DNA of 64,000 bases from an uncultured bacterium. GTDB lineage: Bacteria; Patescibacteriota; Minisyncoccia; Phycocordibacterales; CAWITU01. The position numbers and the translations under genes are program-made. Below the pieces are notes generated by a model. That model was not told the origin of the DNA, made no database searches, and worked only from the letters and a program-made list of their open reading frames with translations. The stretch lies in NCBI GenBank assembly GCA_963839205.1, contig CAWITU010000002.1, forward strand, positions 148,627-212,626. The letters are read 5' to 3'. Positions 28,705-39,619 of the stretch are shown here, one piece after another (the stretch's first letter is position 1; each line of letters starts with the position of its first letter).

Positions 28705-30424
28705 ATGAAGAGTGCTCTTATCAGGCTAAGATTTGTCTCGGTAATAATTATTCTCATTGGTCTGGTTCTTATTGTAAGACTTTTTTCTCTGCAGGTAGTA
28801 TCCGGTTCGGACTTTAGAGATGAAGCAAACCAACAATACATAGCACCGACTAGCAATATATACGACAGAGGTTCAATCTTTTTCCAGGATAAAGATGGAA
28901 ATCTTTTGGACGCTGCAAATCTTGAGAATGGATATATTATGGCGATTAATCCTGAATTGGTTACCGATCCAGAAGGTGAGTATTCTAAGATTCAAAATAT
29001 TTTACCTACTGACCACACCACATTCATCCAGAAGGCTACAAAGAAAAACGATAAATATGAACAAATTGCTGATAGAGTAAATTCAACAACTACTAATGCC
29101 GTGATTGCCTTGAATCTTCCAGGAGTAAGTTTTTATCAAGAAAAATGGCGTGATTATCCACTAAGTACGCTAGCCTCCCAGGTTATTGGATTTGTCGGCT
29201 ATGATGGGAATATTCTTGATGGGAGATACGGATTGGAAAAATATTACGACAGTACTTTGGAAAGGACCAACCAAGATCAAAATGTGAATCCTTTTGCTGC
29301 TCTTTTTGCTAGTATTCCTTCAGTTATAAATTGTGATTCCAACGCAAAAGAGGGTGACATTGTAAGTACGATTGATCCGAACGTTGAATCCTATCTTGAG
29401 CAAGAATTACAGACATTACAAGATGACTACCATTCAAAAATTTCTGGCGGAATTATTATTGACCCAAATACAGGTACAAATATATGCCATGGCTGGTAAT
29501 CCATCTTTTGATCCAAACACTTATCAAGATGTTGATGACATTGGAGTTTACACTGATCCACTGGTTCAGAATGTTTATGAACTTGGTTCAATTATGAAAT
29601 CAGTGACGATGGCAATTGGAATTGATACAGGAGCAGTTACCGCTACAACTACTTATGATGATACGGCCTCAATCACTTTAAACGGTAAGACAATTCACAA
29701 TTGGGATCTTACTAGTCACGGACTTATAAATATGCAAAAAGTCTTGAATGACTCTCTCAACGTTGGTGCGGCTTATGTCGAAAGTAAAACCGGTAATCAG
29801 AAGTTTGCAGATTACATGTTTAATTTTGGTTTTGGTGGAAAAACTGGTATCGATTTACCTGGTGAAGCCACTAATCTCGTAGCCAACTTAAAAAGTTCTC
29901 AAGATGTTAACTATGCGACAGCGGCTTTCGGGCAGGGTATTGCGGTAACTCCAATTTCAATGGTTCGCGCTTTGAGTGCGCTAGCAAATGGAGGCTATCT
30001 CATTACACCTCATATCATAAGCCAAATACAATATACAGATGGCACTGTTGAAAATATTAATCCACCAAAAGGGGCACAAGTTATCTCAACTTCAACATCA
30101 AAAATTATTACAGGAATGCTTGTAAATGTGGTGGACCAAGCTATGGATGCCGATGTTGGAGGTGGATTGAAACAGGCTCATTACGCAATTGCGGCAAAAA
30201 CTGGAACCGCCCAACTTGTTGATACTCAGGATGGTGGTTATTATGATAATCGATTTCTACATTCTTTCTTTGGCTATTTTCCAGCAAATAATCCACGTTT
30301 TCTCATCTTTCTTTTCACTGATGATCCACAGGGGCAGGAACTGGCTGTCCATACTCTAGCATTTCCTTTCATAGACATTGCTAAGTTTATGATAGGCTAC
30401 TATAGTATTCCACCAGATAGATAA
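28705..30424 (+). pseudogene. penicillin-binding protein 2 / FtsI-type transpeptidase (one apparent frameshift near 29475)
   Basis: N-terminal TM and dimerisation domain. Transpeptidase motifs S-I-M-K (SxxK), SLN, KTGT. The junction reads IIIDPNTG/QIYAMAGNPSFDPN. Confidence 0.85.
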
Positions 30425-30428
30425 AATC

Positions 30429-31511
30429 ATGAAAAACAAAATACTTTTTACAATTATTTTTATAGTTATCCTCGGGATTGTATTCTTTGAGATTTTTCAT
30501 GATCACAATCCGTCGTCAGTCTCCAAGATAGTTGATTCTGATACGGCTACAACAAGCGCCGCAGATCAACTTCCTGCTGAAGCACTTCTCCAAAGTAATT
30601 ACTACGTTTCTCAAACTTTCAATAACTGTGGGCCGTCAGCACTTTCAATGGCCCTATCTTTTTACGGCATCCAAGCAAGTCAGCAGACAATTGCCGATGA
30701 CATTCGTCCCGATAATAATTTAACTGGACATAATGATGATAAATCAACTTCTCCTGATCAGATAGTACAGGAAGCAGAGAAGTATAGATTGGTTGCTTAC
30801 TACTTACCAAACGGAAATATTCAAACTCTAAAGGAATTTATTTCAAATGGTATTCCGGTAATTACGAGGACCTTTCTGAATACCCAGGAAGACTTTGCGC
30901 ATTATCGAGTAATTAAGGGTTACGATGATGCAACTGGAGAAATTATAGATGAGGACGGATTTCAAGGGCCGAATGCTCGTTTTTCCTATAGTGATTTTAT
31001 GACTCTTTGGCAACCCTTCAATTATGAATATGTTGTTATGGTAACTCCAGACAAAGAAGCTCTGGTCCAAAAAATTTTGGGAAAGGAATTTGACTCAAAT
31101 GTCGCGTGGCAGGATGCCGTTCAAACAGCAAAGCAAGCTTTAAACCAAAATCCTAATTCTGTTTATGCTTCTTTTGATCTCTCAGTTGCGCTTTATCACA
31201 CGGGTGATTACCAAGATTCCGTTAATCAATTTGAACAAGTTCAAAATCAGTTATCGGAACATGCCTTGTGGTATCAAATTGAACCTATTGAAAGTTATTA
31301 CGAGCTCGGAAATTATTCAAAAGTTTTTTCACTAAGTAACGCTATCTTAAATGACGGTAATCCAGCTTTTCCAGAATTGTATGTCCTTCAGGGTGAGAGT
31401 TATCTCAAGGAGAGGAATACGGTATCAGCTAAATCTTCATTTGAGCAAGCTTTGGTGTACAATAAAAACCTTCAAAGCGCTAAAGATGCTCTGAATTCTC
31501 TCAATAACTGA
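30429..31511 (+). CDS. C39-like cysteine peptidase domain protein with C-terminal TPR repeats
   Basis: TM, NNCGPSALSMALSFYG (papain-like Cys), HYRVIKGYD (His), TPR-like C-terminal third. Confidence 0.7.
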   Translation: MKNKILFTIIFIVILGIVFFEIFHDHNPSSVSKIVDSDTATTSAADQLPAEALLQSNYYVSQTFNNCGPSALSMALSFYGIQASQQTIADDIRPDNNLTGHNDDKSTSPDQIVQEAEKYRLVAYYLPNGNIQTLKEFISNGIPVITRTFLNTQEDFAHYRVIKGYDDATGEIIDEDGFQGPNARFSYSDFMTLWQPFNYEYVVMVTPDKEALVQKILGKEFDSNVAWQDAVQTAKQALNQNPNSVYASFDLSVALYHTGDYQDSVNQFEQVQNQLSEHALWYQIEPIESYYELGNYSKVFSLSNAILNDGNPAFPELYVLQGESYLKERNTVSAKSSFEQALVYNKNLQSAKDALNSLNN

Positions 31512-31546
31512 AACAAAATGGGTATCCTACGTCGTATATAATATAT

Positions 31547-32110
31547 ATGGCCACTAATCGGTCTAAAAACGGTGTGATGAAACGCTATGCGTGGCTTTTT
31601 GTCGGTTTATTTGTCCTTCTCTGTGTCATTTTGGTATCCCAAATCTCAAATCAGTCCACATATGTATCTTCCGATATTTCTACTTCTTCAGCCCCACTGG
31701 TCTCAAATGTAGTAGCATCTAATAGTAACCCAACCACATCTGGTCCGGAAGTTATTATTGATGGAACGGATATATCTGTGGACCTCTCAACTACAACTGC
31801 AGAGATTGATCAGGGATTATCTGGACGTCCGACTTTGGGTGCTTTGGACGGAATGTTTTTTGTTTTTAATTCTGCAAAGTTATATCGTTTCTGGATGCCG
31901 GATATGAATTTTCCGCTAGATATGATTTGGATTGGATCTGATATGAAAGTTGTTGATATAAGTAAAGATGTACCAACCACTTTTGATCCCGCTCACCCAA
32001 TTTTCTATAGCCCAAAGATTCCGGCGCAATATGTGCTTGAAGTTAATGCTGGATTTAGTGACGCTCATAATATTGCGCCGGGCGATAGTGTAAATTTCTC
32101 ATCTATATAA
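31547..32110 (+). CDS. DUF192-domain protein, membrane anchored
   Basis: FWMPDMNFPLDMIWIGSDMKVV ... YVLEVNAGF is the DUF192 pattern. Confidence 0.75.
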   Translation: MATNRSKNGVMKRYAWLFVGLFVLLCVILVSQISNQSTYVSSDISTSSAPLVSNVVASNSNPTTSGPEVIIDGTDISVDLSTTTAEIDQGLSGRPTLGALDGMFFVFNSAKLYRFWMPDMNFPLDMIWIGSDMKVVDISKDVPTTFDPAHPIFYSPKIPAQYVLEVNAGFSDAHNIAPGDSVNFSSI

Positions 32111-32112
32111 AC

Positions 32113-33171
32113 ATGAAAATAATTTCCGTAGAAGAAGATAAAAAGAAAGAGTGGAATACTTTTGTTTCTGACAATTTTCCGCCAGTCGGTGCATTTCTAC
32201 AAAGCTTTGAATGGGGAGACTTCAAAGCCAAATTAAATTTTCCAGTTAAAAGGTATGCTGTTACTTCTGATGGCCTTTGGGTAGGATGTCTTCAACTTGA
32301 GACACATTCACTACCCTTTGGTTACAAGTATGGATATGTCCCGCGTGGGCCAGTTTTAAAAAAAGACATTTGGCATGATGCTAAATTAACAGAACAAATA
32401 TTTATAGAAATAACTAGATATTTGAAACAGCAATGTCCACTTTTTGTTTTTGTTCGTTTTGAACCACCTTATAAAAATTCTTTTAGTTGGTATAAAAGTA
32501 AACCATTTAATATTCCTTCGTATTATATTCAGCCTCGATTTAATCAAATAGTGTCTGTTGTCCAGACAGAAGAGCAATTGAAAGCTGGGATGGTTGCTGA
32601 TGTACGGCATGACCTTCGGGCAGCGGAAAGATTAGATATAAAAACTTGTGTTAAAGATTCTCTGAATGAATTTGATGATAAAGCTTTTGAAGCCATGAAG
32701 AGTGATACCTCAAAGAGAAGTGGTAAACAAATATTTCCAAACGATACCTATTTCTCTTTTTTATATTCAATTTTCAAAAATAGAAGTGGTATTGAAGAGG
32801 CTTCTCCATACATCAGATTTTTTATTGCAACAAAAGAGGATTCACCAGTTGCAATATACCTAGCGATTTTCTTTGCTCATACAGTTACCTATCTATACGG
32901 GGCCTCGTATTCTGGTTCAAAATCAAAAAGGGCCCCGGCCTATCTTCATTGGGGAGCGATTCAGGAAGCTAAAAAAGCTCAATTTCACTATTACGATATT
33001 GGAGGAGTTGATGAAGTCCTGTGGCCGGGGCTCACTTTCTTCAAGAAACAATTTGGTGGTAAGACTCTTGAATATGTTGGAGTAGTGGACTTTATCATTA
33101 ACCCTTTTCTATACAGTTTGTATTCTATTTTTAAGCGATGTTTATTAGCTACCAAACTTTTAAAGGAATAG
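32113..33171 (+). CDS. FemAB-family peptidoglycan interpeptide-bridge aminoacyltransferase
   Basis: FLQSFEWGDFK start and two GNAT-like halves, typical of the FemA/FemB/FemX family. Confidence 0.8.
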   Translation: MKIISVEEDKKKEWNTFVSDNFPPVGAFLQSFEWGDFKAKLNFPVKRYAVTSDGLWVGCLQLETHSLPFGYKYGYVPRGPVLKKDIWHDAKLTEQIFIEITRYLKQQCPLFVFVRFEPPYKNSFSWYKSKPFNIPSYYIQPRFNQIVSVVQTEEQLKAGMVADVRHDLRAAERLDIKTCVKDSLNEFDDKAFEAMKSDTSKRSGKQIFPNDTYFSFLYSIFKNRSGIEEASPYIRFFIATKEDSPVAIYLAIFFAHTVTYLYGASYSGSKSKRAPAYLHWGAIQEAKKAQFHYYDIGGVDEVLWPGLTFFKKQFGGKTLEYVGVVDFIINPFLYSLYSIFKRCLLATKLLKE

Positions 33172-33174
33172 TTT

Positions 33175-33335
33175 GACAATTTTGTTATTATCAGTAAACT
33201 GCTCTACATAAGGCCAGAGACAACAGGCGACCAATAAGTCCTGTCTAGGCGATAGTTTTGAACTTTGTTCAGAACTTTCCGATCTACAATCGGCCTTACA
33301 AGGTCGATTATTTATTTGTCTAAAACAAATACACA
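33175..33335 (+). promoter_or_regulatory. rplJL promoter (TTGACA-16-TAAACT) and structured 5' leader (possible L10-leader-type autoregulatory RNA)
   Basis: TTGACA at 33175, then a roughly 130-nt leader with long-range AAGGCC/GGCCTT pairing and internal hairpins before the rplJ ATG. Confidence 0.3.
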
Positions 33336-33824
33336 ATGCCATTATCAAGAGAAAAAAAGAAAGGAATACTCGAAGATTTGAAAAGCCATTTGGTTAAAGC
33401 CAAAAGTGCTGTCTTCGTAAATTTCCACGGTTTATCTGTCGGTGACGCCACTTCACTTCGTAAGTCTTTAAAGACTGCTGGGGTTGATTATGTTGTTGCT
33501 AAAAAATCTTTGGTTAGGAAAGCTTTGTCAGATTCAAAAATTGAAGGAACACTTCCTCAGTTGGATGGGGAATTGGCAATCGCTATGAGCCAAGATCTTA
33601 TTGCTCCAGCTCGTGGAGTTTATGAGTATCAGAAAAAACTTGATGGAAAGGTAGCGATTCTCGGAGGAATTTTTGAAGGGGAATATAAAGACAAAGAGGC
33701 CATGGTCTCTATTGCTTCAATTCCACCTCTTCAAGTTCTTTACGGTCAGTTCGTCAATCTTATTAACTCTCCGCTTCAGGGTTTGGTTATTGCATTAAAT
33801 GCAGTAGCTGAAAAGAAGCAATAA
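33336..33824 (+). CDS. rplJ: 50S ribosomal protein L10
   Basis: L10-like sequence, with the rplJ-rplL order conserved. Confidence 0.95.
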   Translation: MPLSREKKKGILEDLKSHLVKAKSAVFVNFHGLSVGDATSLRKSLKTAGVDYVVAKKSLVRKALSDSKIEGTLPQLDGELAIAMSQDLIAPARGVYEYQKKLDGKVAILGGIFEGEYKDKEAMVSIASIPPLQVLYGQFVNLINSPLQGLVIALNAVAEKKQ

Positions 33825-33846
33825 TTATTCATTAAAATTTATTAAC

Positions 33847-34251
33847 ATGTCAGAAGACACAACAAATACTGGAGTAGTTGAAACTCCTTCAAAGTTCAAA
33901 ACGGTTGTTGATTCAATCGAAAAAATGTCAGTTATCGATCTTCATGAATTGGTAAAATTCTTGGAGGTAAAGTTCGGAGTATCAGCCGCTGCTGTCGCAG
34001 TTGCTGGTCCTGCAGCCGGAGCTCCTGCTGAAGAAGAGAAATCAGCCTTTACTGTTGAATTAACAGATTCTGGTGCAAACAAGATTTCAATTATCAAAAT
34101 TGTTAAGGAAGTTTTGGCTCTTGGCCTTAAAGAGGCTAAGGATCTCGTTGATGCCGCCCCTTCTAAGCTTAAAGACGGTATGAAGAAGGATGAAGCAGAA
34201 GCTCTCAAGAAAAGAATTGAGGAAGCTGGCGGAAAGGTAACATTGAAATAA
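33847..34251 (+). CDS. rplL: 50S ribosomal protein L7/L12
   Basis: Ala-rich hinge ([19 protein letters not shown]) and conserved C-domain ([19 protein letters not shown]..). Confidence 0.97.
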   Translation: MSEDTTNTGVVETPSKFKTVVDSIEKMSVIDLHELVKFLEVKFGVSAAAVAVAGPAAGAPAEEEKSAFTVELTDSGANKISIIKIVKEVLALGLKEAKDLVDAAPSKLKDGMKKDEAEALKKRIEEAGGKVTLK

Positions 34252-34277
34252 GCTTGTAGATACTAGCTTATAGAATA

Positions 34278-34316
34278 AAAAAAGGGCCTCAGCCTTCGGC
34301 TGAGGCCCTTTTGTTT
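34278..34316 (+). terminator. rho-independent terminator of rplJL
   Basis: GGGCCTCAGC-CTTCG-GCTGAGGCCC followed by TTTTGTTTG. Confidence 0.8.
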
Positions 34317-34349
34317 GTTAAAGTGGCTCAAAACTGTTATATTTTCTGC

Positions 34350-34928
34350 ATGGAAATTCTCGGAAAACTATTCGGATCAGTAGCTCGGGTAAAAATAATG
34401 AGGCTTTTTCTGTCTAATCCAGAATTGGTTTTTGAGTCAAAGGACGTCGCTCTCAAATCTAAAGTAACTCCCAAAACTGCGAGAAGGGAATTAAACGCTC
34501 TCAAGTCAGCAGGGCTAATAAAATCCTCAAGTCGGTCAAAAAATACGTCCTTCTCGTTGAACCAGTCGTTTCAATTCATCGAACCGATCAAGGTCCTTCT
34601 TGTAAATCTCGGGTCAGGTACTCATCAAGATATTACTAAGCGCTTGCTTTCCGTTGGTAGAGTTAAAGTAATTATGCTTTCGGGTATTTTTGCTCATAAT
34701 TGGGACGGTAGGATAGATATTCTTGTGGTGGGGGACAAAGTTAAACCCAATCTTCTTACAAAGGTTATTAAATCCATTGAGTCTGAAATTGGCAAAGAAG
34801 TCCATTATGCGGCTCTAGATACTGCCGATTTCTACTACAGAATGGGTATTGGCGATAAACTGGTTAGAGACGTTCTGGACTATCCACATCAAATTGTCCT
34901 TGATAAATTGGGTATTTTCCGTAAATAG
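34350..34928 (+). CDS. hypothetical protein with N-terminal winged-helix-like domain
   Basis: ARVKIMRLFLSNPELVFESKDVALKSKVTPKTARRELNALKSAGLIK. ATG 34350 is preferred because the tracked start lies inside the rplL terminator. Confidence 0.5.
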   Translation: MEILGKLFGSVARVKIMRLFLSNPELVFESKDVALKSKVTPKTARRELNALKSAGLIKSSSRSKNTSFSLNQSFQFIEPIKVLLVNLGSGTHQDITKRLLSVGRVKVIMLSGIFAHNWDGRIDILVVGDKVKPNLLTKVIKSIESEIGKEVHYAALDTADFYYRMGIGDKLVRDVLDYPHQIVLDKLGIFRK

Positions 34929-35023
34929 GCTATCCACAGCGCTCCTAAAGAACTTACCACTAAGCCCAATTAGCTTGGTATAATGTATGTATTATTAATT
35001 AGTAGTTTAACTTATAAATACGC

Positions 35024-35723
35024 ATGACATTCCAAGATTGGGGTAATGTCTTAAGTACTTCCTTCCAAGGACTTTGGTACGGGAGTGCTTGAATACATTC
35101 CTAAAATTATTGTTGCCTTGATCATTTTTGTGATCGGCTGGGTTATCGGGGCTTTTATTGGAGAACTTATCGAACAGCTCTTTAAGTCTATCAAAGTTGA
35201 TATTGCCTTGAGAAAAGCTGGAGTTGAAGGCGTCCTCAATAAAGGAGGTATTTCTTTGAATTCTGGAAAATTTGTTGGTGAACTCGTAAAGTGGTTTATC
35301 ATTGTTGCTTTTCTTGTAGCATCATTTGATGTTCTTGATCTTACACAGGTCACCATCTTTCTTCAGCAGGTTGTTATTGGTTACTTGCCTCATGTTATTG
35401 CTGCCGTTCTTATTCTTATTGTCGCTGCTATAATCGCTGAAGCTGTTCAGAAAGTAATTGCCTCTTCAGTTAGAGCTGCTGGTGTTAGATACGGTAATCT
35501 TATGGGCAATGTTGCTAAATGGGCTATTTGGATTTTCGCAATCCTCACCGCTTTTGTTGAACTTGGTATTGCCGCTCAATTGATTGAGACCTTGTTCACT
35601 GGAGTTGTTGTGGCTCTTTCTCTCGCTTTCGGTCTTTCCTTCGGTCTTGGAGGACAGGACGCCGCTGCTCAATACATTGAGAAAGTACGTACTGAAATTG
35701 CTGACAGACATCACAATATTTAA
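35024..35723 (+). pseudogene. conserved-TM-helix repeat membrane protein (MscS-N-terminal-like); apparent frameshift near 35080
   Basis: ATG 35024 gives MTFQDWGNVLSTSFQGLWYG.., which continues in the tracked frame as VLEYIPKIIVALIIFVIGWVIG. The helix-loop unit is repeated. Confidence 0.6.
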
Positions 35724-35742
35724 TTTAACGAAAGTTTAATGA

Positions 35743-35776
35743 AAAAGAGGCGGCCCTTTGGGCCGCCTCTTTTGTT
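35743..35776. terminator. bidirectional terminator between convergent genes
   Basis: AAAAAGAGGCGGCCC-TTT-GGGCCGCCTCTTTTGTT. Confidence 0.8.
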
Positions 35777-36344
35777 ATAAATTTGTCTTCAAATTAGAAG
35801 TTCTAAACCCTAATTTTTCTTTTGGTTTTTCTTCTTCCTGAATAAGTTGTCTCAGTGCCTCAAATACTATTTTAAATTGCCCATCATACTTCTGCTCTAG
35901 TTTTTCTATTTTATTTTGCAAATCTTTGTGAGAAAGGAGAAGCTCCCGAAGTTTACTAAAAATTCTCATAATTTGAATATTTACATTAATTGCCCTTTCG
36001 CTATTTAATACTGTAGAAAGCATGGCTACTCCTTGTTCGGTAAATGCAAATGGCAGTTTTCTTCGACCGCCATATTCAGTCAAACTTGATGTCGCAAATT
36101 GCGACTTCAAGTTTCGGTTTTCATCTTTAGTAAGTTGAAACATAAAATCTAGAGGAAATCTGGTCATGTTTCTTCTCACCGCTTCGTTTAACCTTCTGGT
36201 TTCAACTTCATAAAGTTCAGCCAAATCATAATCCAACATTACTTTTTGGCTTCTAATAATATAGATCTTATTGTTAATTTTACTTTCTATAGTTGTTATA
36301 CCTTGTGTCATCTTAGAATCATGGTTTTTCATGCCGGTATTCAA
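35775..36344 (-). CDS. ORF6N-domain protein (anti-repressor-like), paralog of 12371-12907
   Basis: IYIIRSQKVMLDYDLAELYEVETRRLNEAVRRNMTRFPLDFMF. Roughly half the residues are identical to the other copy by eye. Confidence 0.8.
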   Translation of the reverse strand: MNTGMKNHDSKMTQGITTIESKINNKIYIIRSQKVMLDYDLAELYEVETRRLNEAVRRNMTRFPLDFMFQLTKDENRNLKSQFATSSLTEYGGRRKLPFAFTEQGVAMLSTVLNSERAINVNIQIMRIFSKLRELLLSHKDLQNKIEKLEQKYDGQFKIVFEALRQLIQEEEKPKEKLGFRTSNLKTNL

Positions 36345-36407
36345 TCATATTAAGATGAAATTTTTATGAGGAAATAGGGGTTATTTGTACCCAAATTATC
36401 CCCAGGC

Positions 36408-36435
36408 TTGACTTTGAATGCGTCCCGACTATAAT
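36408..36435 (+). promoter_or_regulatory. sigma70-type promoter of the 23S-5S unit
   Basis: TTGACT (36408-36413), 16-nt spacer, TATAAT (36430-36435). Same hexamers as the 16S promoter. Confidence 0.65.
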
Positions 36436-37243
36436 AACCATCACGACTGAATTATGTTAAAAACATCCAATTTTAAGCGGCCAAAATAACAGCTATTTTT
36501 AACTGTTGTCTTGAGAAGACCGCTAAAAGCGGTTTTTTTAATAACATAACCGACTGTAACTTGAAAAAATAATCCCGCAGCAACGTTCCCTTTTATACAA
36601 GGGGTCTTTAAGACGTTGAACAGCGGAAACAGGTAAATTCCAAACAGTAAGTTTGGAATAGTAGAATAAACAAAAAACGTGGTTTTTAAATATCCTAATA
36701 GGATATTAAGAGCGTATGGTGGATGCCTAGACTCCAAAGAGGCGATGAAGGACGTGGCGTAGCTTACGATAAGCTTCGGGGAGGTGCCTAGCAACCTTTG
36801 ATCCGAAGATTTCCGAATGGGGAAACCCCACTTGATTTAATTCAGGTGATCTCTTCGCAAGAAGAGGAGCAAACCCGGGGAAGTAAAACATTTCAGTACC
36901 CGGAGAAAAAGAGACTAATAAGAATTTCCTAAGTAGCGGCGAGCGAAAAGGAAGAAGCCCAAACTCAGCCTTCCTATAGAGGGCACTCGTAAACTCGTTT
37001 ACTCGAGTATGCGTCGTACACTCTATTGGGTGGCTGGGGGTTGTAAGGTGACAGTCGTATTTGATACAAAGAGTTACAAAATAATTCGTTAATAGAAAAC
37101 GCTGGAAAGCGTTGCCCTAGAGGGTAATAGCCCCGTACATGAAAATGAATTATCTCTAACTGTCATTCTTGAGTACTTCGAGACACGAGTGGCTCGGAGG
37201 AATCTGCCGGAACTAACCGGTAAGGCTAAATACTCTTGGAGAT

Positions 37244-37282
<39 letters not shown>

Positions 37283-38721
37283 GCCCGACGAGGGCAGTGA
37301 AATAGATCTGAAACCATACGTTTACAAGGTGTCGAAGAGGTGCTTGCACCTCGACGGCGTGCCTATTGAAGAATGAGCCAACGAGTTGATGCATATTGCA
37401 GACTAAGCCCGAGAGGGTGGAGTCACAGGGAAACCGAGCGTGAATAGCGCGTAAGTATTATGCATCAGACCCGAAGCCAAGTGAGCTTGTCATGTGCAGG
37501 GTGAACCAGGGAGAAATCTCTGGGGAGGCCCGAACCGGTAAGCCGTTCAATACTTTCGGACGACATGTGATAAGAAGTGAAAAGCTAATCGAACTTGGTA
37601 ATAGCTGGTTCTCTCCGAAATAGCTTTTGGGCTAGCGTCGGATGTTCCTCTTAGGGGTAGAGCACTGGAAGGTCTCGACAGGTCGAAAGATCGCGAGACC
37701 TATCAAACTCCGAATACTAAGAGTTAAGAATCCGGCAGTTAGACTGCGGGGGCTAAGCTCCGTCGGTCAAAAAGGAAACAGCCTAGATCTCAAGTTAAGG
37801 TCCCTAAATTTATGCTAAGTGCACTTAAGGCGGTGAAATTTCTCTGACACTGAGGAGGTTGGCTTAGAAGCAGCCATCCTTTAAAGAAAGCGTAACAGCT
37901 CACTCAGTAAGAGATTTCGCACCGAAGATAATCGGGGCTAAGCATAGTACCGAAACTGAGGGTTTATTTTGTCTTAGGACAAAGTGAGCGGTAGGAGAGT
38001 ATTCTAATCTGCTGTGAAGGTAAAGGGGTGACCCATACTGGAGCGTTTAGAAGTAAGAATGTTGGCACAAGTAACCACAATGCGAGTGAAAAACTCGCAC
38101 GTCGAAAGATCAAGGTTTCCTTGGCAATGATTGTCAGCCAAGGGTTAGTCGGGCCTAAGGGGATGGCGAACGCCGAACCCAATGGACACATGGTTAATAT
38201 TCCATGACTTCTTCATTTTCTGATGGAGTGACAAAGGTCAGTATTGTACGCGATTTATGGATTATCGTTATTGGATTAAGGGTGTTTTACAGGCAAATCC
38301 GTAAGACATAAGCCCAAGATCAGATAAAATGCTTCGCTTAGGCGAAGATAATGTACAAAAGCGGCCTTTCAAGAAAAGCTTCTAAAGATAAAAATGAAGG
38401 AACCGTACCGCAAACCGACACAGGTGATCAGCTCGAGTAGAGCAAGACGAACGAATGAGAGGTCCCCAAGGAACTCGGCAAAAAAGCAGCCGTAACTTCG
38501 GAATAAGGCTTGCCCTTTGTTAACTCAAAGGGCCGCAGCTAAAGTATCTCTGGCAACTGTTTATCAAAAACACAGCTCCCTGCGAACTCGTAAGAGGATG
38601 TATAGGGGGTGACACCTGACCAATGCCAGAAGGTCAAATATCGACGTTGATAGTAGCAATATTATTGGTGATTGATATAAGCCCTGGTGAATGTCGGCGA
38701 TAACTATAATCGTCCTAAGGT

Positions 38722-38956
38722 TCTCAACTGATTCTTTTTGAATGAGTTGAGAAGGACTGGGACGATCATAGGAAATGATAAATAGTTTTAATAATCAAAG
38801 TTAATTACACAAAAGCTACCTACAATGCAGTAATGTATTGTTAGTCCAATATGGTTAATAAGAGACCAACACCATACATCCTAAACAATTTTGCAACGGA
38901 CTTGTCCTCTGCGAAGTCGAAGGATGAAGATAGAGTCCAACTTGAAGGAATAGTTG
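38722..38956 (+). other. 235-nt group-I-like intron/IVS in 23S after U1931
   Basis: The flanks join to CCTAAGGT|AGCGAAATTCC (conserved sequence). The insert follows a T and ends in G. R/S-like blocks AAGAGACCAACA and AAGATAGAGTCC. No ORF. Confidence 0.65.
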
Positions 38957-39619
38957 AGCGAAATTCCTTGTCTGGTAAGTTCAGACGCGCACGAATGGTG
39001 TAATGACTGGAGAACTGTCTCGGGGACTTGTTCGGTGAAAATACAATACCGGTGAAGATGCCGGTTACCTGCAGTTAGACGAAAAGACCCCAGAAGCTTT
39101 ACTACAACTTGGTATTGAGGATATGTTTTTGATGCGTAGCATAGTGGTGAGACTTTGAAGTTTTGTTCTCGGATAAAATGGAGTCAACAGTGAAATAGCC
39201 ATCTTTAAAAATATATTTTCTAACCTCATCGGTAAAAACGGTGAGAGACAGTACCTGGCGGGTAGTTTTAGTGGGGCGCTATCCTCCTAAAGAGTAACGG
39301 AGGAGTTTATTAAGGTTAGCTAGGCGCGAATGGAAACCGTGCCGATAGTGTAATGGCATAAGCTAGCTTGACTGCAAGACGGATATGTCGAGCAGGTGCG
39401 AAAGCAGGACATAGTGAACCGACGGTCCGTATTAGATGCGGCCGAAGATTATCAGACAAAAGCTACTCTGGGGATAACAGGCTGGTTGCGCCTAAGAGTC
39501 CAAATCGACGGCGCAGTTCGGCACCTCGATGTCGGCTCATCATATCCTGGGGCTGGAGAAGGTCCCAAGGGTTTGGCTGTTCGCCAATTAAAATGATACG
39601 CGAGCTGGGTTCAGACCGT

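Noticed and set aside
36518-36541. Terminator-like hairpin (GACCGC-TAAAA-GCGGT + T7) inside the 23S leader, considered as an attenuator or antitermination site.
   Set aside because: I could not identify boxA/boxB-like elements or an alternative anti-terminator pairing by eye. It may simply be leader structure, so it is mentioned for completeness only.
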